64,000 nt of DNA from Planktomarina sp. (GCA_022425445.1 JAKMFM010000168.1:4930-68929), one strand, 5' to 3'. Shown: positions 42,398-52,164, numbered from the stretch's first letter. The notes: generated from the letters alone by a model not told the origin. Translations and numbers: made by a program.

Positions 42398-42595
42398 TGG
42401 GGGACCTTTATGTATGGGGGGCCGGGGTTCGGGCCGCCGGCTTGGAAACAATAGGCCTTTAGAGTTAAGGCCGGCTGAAAATCGTGCCGCGAGTTTCGGG
42501 CGGCGCGCCCGCCCAAGCCCAAGTGCCATTGCCCACGCCGAACCAGCCGGTGGCAGGCACGGATTTTGGGGTGAATCTGCAAGGGGCAACCTGTG

Positions 42596-43900
42596 TCATA
42601 GGCCAAGCGTATCGCGCAGAGCGAACCATGTCATCGCTAAAGTCATGATTGGGCCACGCAGGCTTTGCCCACCGGGAAAGGAAGGAGTGGGAAGTTGCGA
42701 CAGAAGGTCAAAGCGCTCGGCATTTCCGGCGATTGTTTCTGCCAAGACCTGCCCTGCGAATCCCGCCAGGGCCACCCCATGCCCTGAATAGCCCGAAGCG
42801 GTGAGCTGTTGCGGCCCAACACGGGCAAAGAGCGGAAGACGCCGTGTCGTGATCCCCAGCGTTCCGCCCCAAGCATGGGTCAGCGGCACATCGGCCAGCT
42901 GCGGAAAAATTTCACACAGGGGCTTGTGGACCTTGGCAAAAATATCCTTGGGAAACCTTGCGCCATAGCTTTCGCCACCGCCAAAAATCAGTCGATTGTC
43001 ATGGCTGAGGCGGTAGTAATTGAGCACGAACCGATTATCTGCCACAGCGATGGGTTTGCGCAAAACCTCTTGCGGCCGGTCCAGCGGTGCCGTGGCCACC
43101 AGAAAGTTATTGATCGGCATGACCTTGGCCGCCTGGCTCGGGTTGAGGCTGCTGTGATAGCCGTTGGTGGCATGGATGACATAGTCGGCGCGCAATTGGC
43201 CCTTGGCGGTGTGCACGAGGCTCGGCGGGCCGTCTTGCACCGAAACCGCAGCGCTTTGCTCAAAAATGCGCGCTCCCACAGCTTCAGCTGCATTGGCCAG
43301 ACCCAGCGCGTAGCGCAGCGGATGCAAATGCCCTGCGCCCCAATCTATGATCCCGCCTGCATAGCGCGGAGATTTTATGAGATCTGCGAGATCAATCTTG
43401 CTGAGGCACTCTATCTCTTCATAGCCATAATGCCGGGCCAGATAATCCGCCTTTGCGTGGCTGCTGGCTCGGTCTCTTGCACTGAAATCTGCTTCGGCGA
43501 CCCCAGATTGATAGCCAGCCTCTGGCGCATGTTGCGCCACCAAGTCTTGCGTCAAAGATTTGGCGGCCTGCGCCATATCCCAAAGCTGATGGGCCGCATC
43601 ATGGCCCAATGTCTTTTCAAGCGTTTGTTGGTCTTGGTTATATCCTGAACCGACCTGCCCGCCGTTGCGGCCCGAGGCGCCAAAGCCGACCCGATGGGCA
43701 TCCAGCACGATCACATTATAGCCCTTTTGCGCCAAATGCAGCGCGCAAGACAATCCGGTGAAACCTGCACCAATGACGCAGACGTCACAGGATATCACAT
43801 CCGTCAGTGCCGGGCGCACCGGATGTTCTTGGATGCTTTGGGCATACCAGCTGGCGGGATAGCTTCCTGCTTGATCGTTGACATAGAGAAAATCAGACAT
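42596..43900 (-). CDS. FAD-dependent oxidoreductase (PuuB/gamma-glutamyl-amine oxidase-like)
   Basis: GAGFTG, GASGRNGGQ, HLHPL, WGGTL, GYSGHGV. Confidence 0.85.
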   Translation of the reverse strand: MSDFLYVNDQAGSYPASWYAQSIQEHPVRPALTDVISCDVCVIGAGFTGLSCALHLAQKGYNVIVLDAHRVGFGASGRNGGQVGSGYNQDQQTLEKTLGHDAAHQLWDMAQAAKSLTQDLVAQHAPEAGYQSGVAEADFSARDRASSHAKADYLARHYGYEEIECLSKIDLADLIKSPRYAGGIIDWGAGHLHPLRYALGLANAAEAVGARIFEQSAAVSVQDGPPSLVHTAKGQLRADYVIHATNGYHSSLNPSQAAKVMPINNFLVATAPLDRPQEVLRKPIAVADNRFVLNYYRLSHDNRLIFGGGESYGARFPKDIFAKVHKPLCEIFPQLADVPLTHAWGGTLGITTRRLPLFARVGPQQLTASGYSGHGVALAGFAGQVLAETIAGNAERFDLLSQLPTPSFPGGQSLRGPIMTLAMTWFALRDTLGL

Positions 43901-45245
43901 TCAACAACAGATGCTCGCGCTCCCAAGTGGATATAACTTGTAAAAACTCGCTATATTCCGTGCGTTTCACGATCGAATAGACGCGGGCAAATTCGGGATC
44001 AAGCACCTCATGCAGCCGCTTAGCATCATCAAAAATATCCATAGCCGTGAAGAGGTCATAGGGGATCGCCTCCTCGCTGTCATAGGCATCACCACGATAT
44101 TGCTTGTCAGGGCGCTCCTGATCTTCAAGCCCCAGATAGCAACAGGCCAGAGAGGCGGCAATGCCAAGGTAGGGATTGCAATCCATGCCGGCCAGGCGGT
44201 TTTCGATCCTGCGGGCCTTGGGTGATGACAGGGGGATGCGAATTCCAGTGGTGCGATTGTCCCGGGCCCATTCGAGATTGATCGGGGCGGCGTGATCTTT
44301 GACGTAGCGCCGATAGCTGTTCACATAGGGTGCCAGGATGGCAATGACCGACGGCAGATGATTTTGCAGCCCGGCGATCATATGGTAAAATACATCGGTT
44401 TCACCGCCCTGTGGGCCGACAAAAATATTCTCTCCCTCTGCATCCAAAAACGAGTGATGAATGTGCATGGCGGAGCCGGGTTCATCGGCGATGGGTTTGG
44501 CCATGAACGTAGCAAAACAATCGTGCTTTAAGGCCGCTTCGCGGATCAGACGCTTGAAGAAGAACACTTCATCGGCGAGTTTTACCGGATCGCCATGGCG
44601 CAAATTAATCTCCACCTGACCTGCGCCGCCCTCTTGGGTAATGCCGTCAATTTCGAAGCCTTGGGCCTCGGCAAAGTCATAAATATCGTCGATAACTGGG
44701 CCATATTCATCAACAGCCGACAGCGAATAGGCTTGATGCGCCGCCGCTGGCCGTCCTGAGCGCCCCATCATGGGCACAATCGGTTGGGCCGGATCTGTAT
44801 TGCGGGCGACAAGAAAAAATTCCATCTCTGGGGCAACCACAGGCTCAAGCCCCTTGTCGCGAAACAATTGAACCACCCGCTTGAGGACATTGCGCGGCGC
44901 GGTTGGTATCGGCGCACCATCGCGATCATAGGCATCATGAATGACCTGTAAGGTGGCATCGGTGGCCCAGGGCGCTGCGGTGGCGGTGTCGAGATCGGGC
45001 CGCAGCGTCATATCAGGCTCCACCCAACCTTCGTCGCCCGCAGCTTCCGCCCATTCGCCCGTAAGAGTTTGCAGGTAAATAGAGTTGGGCAGGTAGAAAT
45101 GCTCTTGTTTGGCAAATTTTGATGCCGGAACAGCTTTGCCGCGCGCCACGCCTGGAAAATCAGAGATGATGCATTCAACCTCATCCAATTGCCGCTCGCC
45201 AATATAGGCTTTGGCACTGTCCGGTAGGCTGTCTTTCCAACTCAT
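43893..45245 (-). CDS. Glutamine synthetase-like gamma-glutamyl-amine ligase (PuuA/PauA-like)
   Basis: ARGK, APEMEFF, EGGAGQVE, FMAKP, GSAMHIHHS, NSYRR, DNRT, RIENR, NPYL. Confidence 0.88.
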   Translation of the reverse strand: MSWKDSLPDSAKAYIGERQLDEVECIISDFPGVARGKAVPASKFAKQEHFYLPNSIYLQTLTGEWAEAAGDEGWVEPDMTLRPDLDTATAAPWATDATLQVIHDAYDRDGAPIPTAPRNVLKRVVQLFRDKGLEPVVAPEMEFFLVARNTDPAQPIVPMMGRSGRPAAAHQAYSLSAVDEYGPVIDDIYDFAEAQGFEIDGITQEGGAGQVEINLRHGDPVKLADEVFFFKRLIREAALKHDCFATFMAKPIADEPGSAMHIHHSFLDAEGENIFVGPQGGETDVFYHMIAGLQNHLPSVIAILAPYVNSYRRYVKDHAAPINLEWARDNRTTGIRIPLSSPKARRIENRLAGMDCNPYLGIAASLACCYLGLEDQERPDKQYRGDAYDSEEAIPYDLFTAMDIFDDAKRLHEVLDPEFARVYSIVKRTEYSEFLQVISTWEREHLLLNV

Positions 45246-45943
45246 GATGATATCTCCGCTCTATATTCACCTTTGAGGAAGGCGGCTATATCCGCAGCAA
45301 TTGCGGAATTCTGGATCGGCACATGGCGCAATTGATCGGCGCGTTGCATCACGGCGGCGGGATAGGCTGGGCTTGAGCGTCGCGATTTTACATAATCATC
45401 GAAAACTGGATTGCTAAACTCAGGGTGGGGTTGCACCGTGAAGGCTTTTTCACCGTAGAGCAGCGCCGCAAATTGACAAAACGGGCTGCTGCCGATGACC
45501 TGTGCTTCTGGAGGTAGGGCCGTGACTTGATCTTGGTGCCAAGCATTCAACGTCACCGAACCGTGGCCATTAAAGCTGTAATCATGTCGGCCAATAGCCC
45601 AGCCGCCTTCAAACTTCTCCACATGCCCCCCCAGCGCTTGCGCAATGATCTGATGGCCAAAGCAAATACCGACCATGGGGCGCGCGCTGGCGTAGATTTC
45701 GCGAATTAAATCGCTCAAAGGGGGGATGAAAGCATGATCCTCATAGGCGCCATGTTTGGAGCCGGAAATCAACCAGCCATCTGCCGCGTCAACGGTGGTG
45801 GGAAATTCTCCATCCACCACGTTCCAGGTTTGGAAGGTGAAATCATAGCCTTGAAACAAAGCGGCAAACATAGCGTCAAAATCGCCGTGCTGGGCACGTA
45901 CCTCATCGGGCGCATGGCCACATTGTAAAATGCCGATCAGCAT
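45242..45943 (-). CDS. Class I glutamine amidotransferase-like protein (putative gamma-glutamyl hydrolase)
   Basis: GICFGHQ nucleophile, WHQDQV, QPHPEF triad. Confidence 0.85.
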   Translation of the reverse strand: MLIGILQCGHAPDEVRAQHGDFDAMFAALFQGYDFTFQTWNVVDGEFPTTVDAADGWLISGSKHGAYEDHAFIPPLSDLIREIYASARPMVGICFGHQIIAQALGGHVEKFEGGWAIGRHDYSFNGHGSVTLNAWHQDQVTALPPEAQVIGSSPFCQFAALLYGEKAFTVQPHPEFSNPVFDDYVKSRRSSPAYPAAVMQRADQLRHVPIQNSAIAADIAAFLKGEYRAEISS

Positions 45944-46003
45944 TGGAACCTCTTGTAGAACATGCGTACCCTATGCAGGTTCCGCAGGTTTGAAAAGACC
46001 TGT

Positions 46004-47281
46004 TTAGGCCGCATCAATTAGGGCCATAAGGGCATCATGATCCGAAAGTTTGTTAAACAGATCGCGCTCTTGTGATTTTGTGGCTGCGAGATTTTCCAAA
46101 ATGAGAGGGGGCATGAATTGTTTGAGGAGCGGCGCCTCAAGCCCCTCAATCGCTGCCGAAAGATCAGGCAGCAGCCCAGGCAAATGTGCGGGGTGCTCAT
46201 AGGCATTGCCCTCAATCGGAGCGGGCGGAACGGCTTTGCGTTCAATACCCTCTAAAGCGGCGCCGAAAATGGCGGCGAACAACAAATAAGGGTTGGCATC
46301 ACCGCCTGCGACGCGATGTTCAATCCGCCGAGCCGCTTCTGGACCGCTGGGAATGCGCAGCGCTACGGTGCGGTTTTCATAGCCCCAGGTGGCGGCGGTC
46401 GGAGCATGGGCGCCAGCTACGAAACGCTCAAAACTATTGGTGTAGGGGGCGAACAACAGCGTGCTAGCCTCGAAGGCTTCGAGGCAGCCTGCGACTGCGG
46501 ACTGCAACATTGTTTGGTTACATAAGATGTTCTCACCCGCCTGATTGATAACTGAGAAATGCGTATGCAGCCCGTTGCCACTCTCTTGAGAAAAGGGTTT
46601 GGCCATGAAGGTTGCGGCCATGCCGTGATTGCGTGCGGTGCCCTTGATCAATTCTTTAAGCAAAATGACATGATCGGCGATGTGAAGCGCTGGGCCATGG
46701 GTCATTGTGACTTCGAACTGCCCAACGCCGGCTTCGGTCGTGATGGTTAAATCACCAAGCCCCATGAGCTTCGCCCCATTGGTGATATCGTTGAAGAAAA
46801 GATCGAATCCATCCAATTCCCGCAGAGACAAAATTTCTGTTCCGGTCAACCTGCGACCGGTTTTGGGGTTCACGGGGGGAACGAGATTGCCGCCATCTTC
46901 GAGTAAGAAAAATTCAAGCTCGCAGGCAGCAATGACCTGCCAGCCATGACGGGCGTACCGGTCCAAAACATTGCTTAAAGCGATGCGCGGGTCGCCTTCA
47001 AATGGGGCGCCGTCTTCCTTGTGCATCACTCGCAGGTCCAATTCTGCCGCGCCTGCCACCCAAGGCAGAGGTATAAGCTCACGGCCCGCCGGCACCATAA
47101 CGCCATCTTGATCGCCGGAGTCAAACACAAGCGGCGAATGTTCGATATCTGCGCCGAACACATCAATATTGAGGACGGAAAGCGGCATACGCATTTGCTT
47201 GCCGCTTTGGGTTTTCGGGACGCGTTTGCCGCGTAATTGACCATTGAGATCAACAGCTGCGACACGAAGGGATTCACTCAT
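46004..47281 (-). CDS. Second glutamine synthetase-like gamma-glutamyl ligase
   Basis: DLNGQLRGK, ELEFFL, GQFE, FMAKP, GNGLHTHFS, ENRT, RIEHR, DANPYL. Confidence 0.85.
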   Translation of the reverse strand: MSESLRVAAVDLNGQLRGKRVPKTQSGKQMRMPLSVLNIDVFGADIEHSPLVFDSGDQDGVMVPAGRELIPLPWVAGAAELDLRVMHKEDGAPFEGDPRIALSNVLDRYARHGWQVIAACELEFFLLEDGGNLVPPVNPKTGRRLTGTEILSLRELDGFDLFFNDITNGAKLMGLGDLTITTEAGVGQFEVTMTHGPALHIADHVILLKELIKGTARNHGMAATFMAKPFSQESGNGLHTHFSVINQAGENILCNQTMLQSAVAGCLEAFEASTLLFAPYTNSFERFVAGAHAPTAATWGYENRTVALRIPSGPEAARRIEHRVAGGDANPYLLFAAIFGAALEGIERKAVPPAPIEGNAYEHPAHLPGLLPDLSAAIEGLEAPLLKQFMPPLILENLAATKSQERDLFNKLSDHDALMALIDAA

Positions 47282-48081
47282 CTTATGACCTGTGGCCTAT
47301 ACCGAAGTTTTGGGCACGCTTGACTTGGAAGATGTCGATTGAGACGCGCGTTGACAAGGCCAAAAATGCCGATGATCACCAAAGTGAGCAGGATGAAGTA
47401 AAAGGCCAAGATGGGATAGGCGATGAATGGGTTGAACGTCTTATCTGCGAAATAGCTGGCGTAATAGAGGGCATCGCCGCGTTGTTGCCAGGCTGGAAAG
47501 CCTGAGAAGAATACCAAGGTCGTCGCATGAAACAGAAAGATTGCCTCATTGGTATAGGCCGGCCAAGCCAGACGCAGGCTGGTGGGCCAGATCACGCGGC
47601 GAAAGCGTGACCAGCCCGTCAGGCCATAGGCATCGGCGGCCTCGACCTCCCCATTGGGCACTGAGCGCAACGCGCCGTAAAATATTTCGGCAGAATAGGC
47701 GGCGGTGTTGAGGATCAGCACCAAGAGCGCTCCAAATTGCGCCGCAGTCAGCCAAGGCAGAAGGCCTTGCTGCTTGAGGCGTAGAAAGATGAAATAGGCC
47801 AAGAAAAATTGGATAAACAACGGAGATCCGCGGAAAATCAGAATAAACCATTCGGCCGGCCGGCGCAGCATGGCGCGGGGGCTGGCCTTGGCGAGCGCCA
47901 TCGCATTGGCAATGAAAAACCCGATCAAAAGTGCCAAAGCTCCGAAGTAGATGTTCCAAATGAGGCCCGAGCCGATCAAGGTGAAATGTTGGCAGAGGGT
48001 GAAATCAGACTTGGGCAGCAGGCGTTCGCCATAGCCCAAAGAGCGCAGCCCATAGTCCAAAATGGTTTGCTGGCAGCTCAT
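47278..48081 (-). CDS. Polar amino acid/amine ABC transporter permease (HisM-like)
   Basis: FRGSPLFIQ, NTAAYSAEI, EAA loop EAADAYG. Confidence 0.88.
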   Translation of the reverse strand: MSCQQTILDYGLRSLGYGERLLPKSDFTLCQHFTLIGSGLIWNIYFGALALLIGFFIANAMALAKASPRAMLRRPAEWFILIFRGSPLFIQFFLAYFIFLRLKQQGLLPWLTAAQFGALLVLILNTAAYSAEIFYGALRSVPNGEVEAADAYGLTGWSRFRRVIWPTSLRLAWPAYTNEAIFLFHATTLVFFSGFPAWQQRGDALYYASYFADKTFNPFIAYPILAFYFILLTLVIIGIFGLVNARLNRHLPSQACPKLRYRPQVIR

Positions 48082-48944
48082 GGGCGCGCTCCCAATGTGC
48101 CTTGCCCATGGGTGAGGCGCTTCATCACGCGCTCGAGCACAATTTCAGAGACTTTGGTAAAGACGAGGTAAAAGGCCAATAGAAACAGAAAATACTGCAT
48201 ACGCCAATCGCCATGGGGATAGGCCGAGAATTTCGCCTGTTTTGTGCCGCCCAATTCACGCGCCCAGTAGACGACATCTTCTACGCCTAGCAAAAACAAC
48301 AAAGGTGTGGCTTTGATCAAGACCATCCAAAGATTAGACAGCCCGGGCAGGGCATAGACCCACATTTGCGGCACCAGAATGCGCCAAAATACCTGTGCGG
48401 GCCGCATACCATAGGCCTGTGCCGTTTCTATCTGGGCTTGGGGCACAGCGCGCATTGCGCCGAAAAGAACATTCGCGGCAAAGGCTCCAAAGACGATTGC
48501 GAAGGTCAGAACCGCGGTAAAAAACCCGTAAATCTCATGCACATATTGCGGAGAAGTGCCCAAGGGCAGCTTGGCAGCAGCGCAGACGACAAAATCATTG
48601 CCTTGGCGAATAGGCGCGGTCCAATCGGGGCAAAGGGCTTGGTGGCGCAGCCATTCGAACCCCTGATCTAAAGCGATGACGAAAAATAGGAAAAAAGCGA
48701 TGTCGGGCACGCCGCGCACGGCGGAGATATAGGTTTTGCCGACCAGTCGTAGTGGCAAGAGCCGGGCGCGGGCCAGGGTGGCGCCGCCAAAGCCAAACAC
48801 AAGCGCCGTGGGTGCGGTGACAGCCAAAAGGATGAGCACAGTTGCGAAGGATTGGTAAAACAACAGGTGCTTGCCCGTGGTCAGATAGCAGCTGAGCCAA
48901 GGCAGGCTGGTGAGGAGGCTTGGATCTGAACAATAGCTAAATAT
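48078..48944 (-). CDS. Polar amino acid/amine ABC transporter permease (HisQ-like); probable ATA start
   Basis: VRGVPD, ETAQAYG, LPGLSNLW, KATPL; frame open upstream of TTG 48863 as (I)FSYCSDP...WLSCYLTTGKH with no ATG before the in-frame stop. Confidence 0.8.
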   Translation of the reverse strand: MFSYCSDPSLLTSLPWLSCYLTTGKHLLFYQSFATVLILLAVTAPTALVFGFGGATLARARLLPLRLVGKTYISAVRGVPDIAFFLFFVIALDQGFEWLRHQALCPDWTAPIRQGNDFVVCAAAKLPLGTSPQYVHEIYGFFTAVLTFAIVFGAFAANVLFGAMRAVPQAQIETAQAYGMRPAQVFWRILVPQMWVYALPGLSNLWMVLIKATPLLFLLGVEDVVYWARELGGTKQAKFSAYPHGDWRMQYFLFLLAFYLVFTKVSEIVLERVMKRLTHGQGTLGARP

Positions 48945-49079
48945 CGGACTGGGACCTTCAGTTTGGCATCGGCTGGCCTGTTTCGGGGGTTGTTTTTTCT
49001 AAAGCTGCAGCGCCGTCTCATACGGCGGCGTTATGGCGCAATGGGGGCGAGGATGAACCCCGCCCCAAAACTTCGCCAG

Positions 49080-49793
49080 TTAGAATTGTTCGCCAACGCC
49101 CCATTTGGCGATCAGGGCGTTCAATGAGCCATCCGATTTCATAGAGCCAATGGCTGCGTCAAATTTGCCGCGCAGCTCTGCATCGGACTCGCGGAGCCCC
49201 ATGCCAACGCCGCCACCGATCAACTCTTGTTGCTCCAAAAGCACCAGGTCGGCATCGCCCTCTGCCACGGGGGCGAGATAGGATTTATCAGCCAAGACTG
49301 CATCGGCTTCACCATTTTTCACGGCCGCAACGGTTTCTTCAGGGGTTGAAAATTCCACAAGCGTGGCGCCAGAGGTGGCCACAAAGCTGGCTTGAATGGT
49401 GTTGGTTTGCGCGGCGATCACAGCGCGAGAAAGATCCACATCAGCTGAGAGCGCCATATAGGCGGAAGGATCAGGTTGGGTGTAGTTCTGCGTGAAGTCT
49501 ATCACCTCGTCACGCTCTGCTGTGATCGACATGCCAGCGATGATGGTGTCGTAGTTGCCGGACACAAGGTTTGGTATGATGCTGTCCCAGTCGTTCACAA
49601 CCCATTCGCAGGTCAGCTTGGCGCGCGTGCAGAGCTCATCGCCCAATTCACGCTCGAAACCGTCAACTTCGCCAGCATCGTTGATGAAGTTATAGGGGGG
49701 GTAAGCACCTTCGGTGCCCATCCGGATTGTATCGGCAAAAGACATGCCAGCGGTCAGTGCCAAAGTGGCGGTGGTCAAGATCAGCTTGTTCAT
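49080..49793 (-). CDS. ABC transporter substrate-binding protein (SBP family 3)
   Basis: Signal peptide, EGAYPPYNF, WDSIIPNL, MSITAER. Confidence 0.9.
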   Translation of the reverse strand: MNKLILTTATLALTAGMSFADTIRMGTEGAYPPYNFINDAGEVDGFERELGDELCTRAKLTCEWVVNDWDSIIPNLVSGNYDTIIAGMSITAERDEVIDFTQNYTQPDPSAYMALSADVDLSRAVIAAQTNTIQASFVATSGATLVEFSTPEETVAAVKNGEADAVLADKSYLAPVAEGDADLVLLEQQELIGGGVGMGLRESDAELRGKFDAAIGSMKSDGSLNALIAKWGVGEQF

Positions 49794-49826
49794 TTGTATC
49801 TCCCTAAGATATGTGGCTGAGTGTTG

Positions 49827-50600
49827 TTAAGCGACGGCAGAAAGAAACTGCTGAAGCCGTTGTGATTTCGGTGCGCCAAAGAGGGTCTCGGGGGGACCTT
49901 GTTCCTCAATTACCCCTTGGTGCAAGAAAATAACGTGATTGGCCACATCGCGCGCCATGGCCATGTCATGGGTGACGATGAGCATGGTGCGCCCTTCCGC
50001 GGCCAGATCCTTGATGACGCCGATCACCTCTTGCTCCAATTCGGGATCAAGGGCGGACGTGGGTTCATCAAACAAAAGAGCTTCGGGTTCCATGGCCAAA
50101 GCGCGGGCGATGGCCGCCCTTTGCTGTTGTCCGCCAGACAGCTGGGCCGGGTAGACATCGCATTTTTCGCCGATACCCACTTTGTCGAGAAGCTTGCGAG
50201 CACGGGCCTCTACTTCGGCTTTGTCTTGCTTGAGAACAGTTACCGGAGCTTCCATGACATTTTGCAAGATGGTCATATGCGCCCAAAGGTTGAACTGTTG
50301 GAAGACCATCGACAGGTTGGTACGCAGCCGAGTGACTTGCGTGGGATCTGCCGGACGACGGTTGTGGTCCGCAGAGCTCCAGCGAACGGCCTCACCTTGG
50401 AAAATAATCGCGCCTTCTTGGCTGATTTCCAGCATATTGCAGCAGCGCAGCAAGGTGGATTTCCCAGATCCAGACGAGCCAATCAGCGCCACCACATCAC
50501 CACGCTTTGCGGTGATGTCGACGCCTTTGAGAACTTCAAGATCGCCATAGGCTTTATGGAGATCTCTTATTTCAATCACAGGTATATTTTGGTCACTCAC
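49827..50600 (-). CDS. Amino acid ABC transporter ATPase (HisP-like)
   Basis: GSSGSGKST, MVFQQFNLW, LSGGQQQR, DEPTSALDPE; GTG start at 50600 chosen. Confidence 0.9.
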   Translation of the reverse strand: MSDQNIPVIEIRDLHKAYGDLEVLKGVDITAKRGDVVALIGSSGSGKSTLLRCCNMLEISQEGAIIFQGEAVRWSSADHNRRPADPTQVTRLRTNLSMVFQQFNLWAHMTILQNVMEAPVTVLKQDKAEVEARARKLLDKVGIGEKCDVYPAQLSGGQQQRAAIARALAMEPEALLFDEPTSALDPELEQEVIGVIKDLAAEGRTMLIVTHDMAMARDVANHVIFLHQGVIEEQGPPETLFGAPKSQRLQQFLSAVA

Positions 50601-50678
50601 GAAAACCCCCACCTTTCCAGAGCAGATACTAGGCGAGGAAGGGCGCGTCTCGCAATCCAAAAGCGGCATCTGGTCAAA

Positions 50679-51395
50679 TTAAGGGGACGGAGGCAGCGGT
50701 AGTTTTAGATAAGTCTCTGCGCTGATCTCAGTGAGACCAAATATTTGAAGTGTTTCGCGGTCTTTGGGGCCAATCGAAAGAATCGCCTGTCGCAGCGCCT
50801 CGCGGAGGGCGGCAGCGTTTTGGCCCAAAGCGGTGATATAGGGCAGTGTTGGCGTCGCTGGAGTGGTGGCGCAGATTTCCAGCCCATCCGCCTTGTCCCA
50901 ATCGCGTTTCAGGAAATGCCAGGTCAGCGCATCCACAGCAGCCAGATCAGCCCGTCCTTCCAAAACAGCGCGGGCAGAAGCTGCATGCTCACCGGTTTGC
51001 AGCCGTTTTGCGCCTGTGAGGCCGATCGACTGTGGAGCGGCCCAGCCCGATTGTGACAGCGGCTCGTTGTAAGCCAAGGTAAAATCATTGGCCGCAAGGT
51101 CTGGAGCAGCGCCCTGACGGGCCAGGAGCACCGAGCAGTAATAACCTGGCGGGCAATTTGGGCTGTGATTGTCTGGTGTTGCAATCAGCTGCACCTGGCC
51201 GTGCAACGCCGCGCGATAGGGCAGGCCGCAGGTCTGGGACAGGTAAAGATCTGGGCTGAGCCAATCGTCCATCAAATCCGCGCTTGGCGGGCTAAAATTC
51301 GGCGCTTCGGGCAGCTGGTCTTGTAGCGCCTGCCAAAGACGCCGGTGTGCGGCGCGATTAACCGGCACGTCATACATCGGCAGATGCGCGATCAT
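50679..51395 (-). CDS. PhnD/phosphonate-binding-like protein without a signal peptide
   Basis: LPMYD, QTCGLPY, YCSV, AYNEPLSQSG, TGEHAAS, ADLAAVD. Confidence 0.7.
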   Translation of the reverse strand: MIAHLPMYDVPVNRAAHRRLWQALQDQLPEAPNFSPPSADLMDDWLSPDLYLSQTCGLPYRAALHGQVQLIATPDNHSPNCPPGYYCSVLLARQGAAPDLAANDFTLAYNEPLSQSGWAAPQSIGLTGAKRLQTGEHAASARAVLEGRADLAAVDALTWHFLKRDWDKADGLEICATTPATPTLPYITALGQNAAALREALRQAILSIGPKDRETLQIFGLTEISAETYLKLPLPPSP

Positions 51396-51399
51396 GGGG

Positions 51400-51819
51400 C
51401 TAGGCCTGTTTGCGGGCAATCGCGCTGTCGCGGTCATTCACACCAAGCAGACTTGCCAAAAGGCGCATCAGCGCGTCTTCTTCCGCATCGCGGGCCCCGT
51501 CGGCCAGAACAACTTGCCACAGCGCCCGCACGACATTGAAGCGCTCCTCATAGGGGACTTCTTCTTTAATTGCGCGGGTGAAGCGCACAGTGTCGGGCGC
51601 TTCGGCCTCAAGCGCCTCGGCAGTCTGGCGCAGGTCGTCAGCTTGATCCGCGGTCAATTGATAAAGCAGGCCAAGTACGGCATCAATCCTTGCGATTTCT
51701 GTGGCGGAATATTCATCATCCGATTTGGCAATCCGCACCATCAAGGCGGCCATGGCTTCAGGGGCGGTGATATCCCGCGCCTTATCTGAGGATTTTGACG
51801 AAAACAAAGATGCAAACAT
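51400..51819 (-). CDS. TerB-family protein
   Basis: ALMVRIAKSD, DTVRFT, LWQVVLADG-RDAEE. Confidence 0.82.
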   Translation of the reverse strand: MFASLFSSKSSDKARDITAPEAMAALMVRIAKSDDEYSATEIARIDAVLGLLYQLTADQADDLRQTAEALEAEAPDTVRFTRAIKEEVPYEERFNVVRALWQVVLADGARDAEEDALMRLLASLLGVNDRDSAIARKQA

Positions 51820-51852
51820 AAGGGGCCTCAAGAGTTGGGACTGCGGCGCTGA

Positions 51853-52146
51853 TTAGCCGTCATATCCTTCGACAATTACCAGATCCCCAATGGAGACGGG
51901 AGTGCGCAGGGCTTTTGCCGCTTGATATGCCGAACTGTTGTAACAATCTTGCGCCGCTTGCAGGCTTGGAAATTCAATCACAATGGTTCGGGGGCGCATC
52001 TGGCCTTCGGGAAATTCAGCGGCACCCGCGCGCACAAGAAACTTGGCCTCATAGGCACGCAGAGCAGGCGCAGCAGCGATCTTATAGGCCTCATAGGCCT
52101 CAGCATCACTGATCTGATTGTGGGCGATCCAATATCCTTTGGCCAT
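51853..52146 (-). CDS. DUF1330 family protein
   Basis: KGYWIA, FLVRAG, VIEFPS, YNSSAYQAA, VEG. Confidence 0.85.
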   Translation of the reverse strand: MAKGYWIAHNQISDAEAYEAYKIAAAPALRAYEAKFLVRAGAAEFPEGQMRPRTIVIEFPSLQAAQDCYNSSAYQAAKALRTPVSIGDLVIVEGYDG

Positions 52147-52164
52147 AGGGCCCTCCATTGTTTG

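Noticed and set aside
42398-42595. 200-bp GC-rich spacer before the transaminase with a small GGCCTT/AAGGCC inverted repeat
   Set aside because: No recognisable riboswitch or terminator; most simply a promoter region
51400-51819. TerB-like gene (and the DjlA TerB domain) as a Ter or anti-phage island
   Set aside because: Stand-alone core-type genes with no other ter genes, no mobility genes and no visible compositional shift
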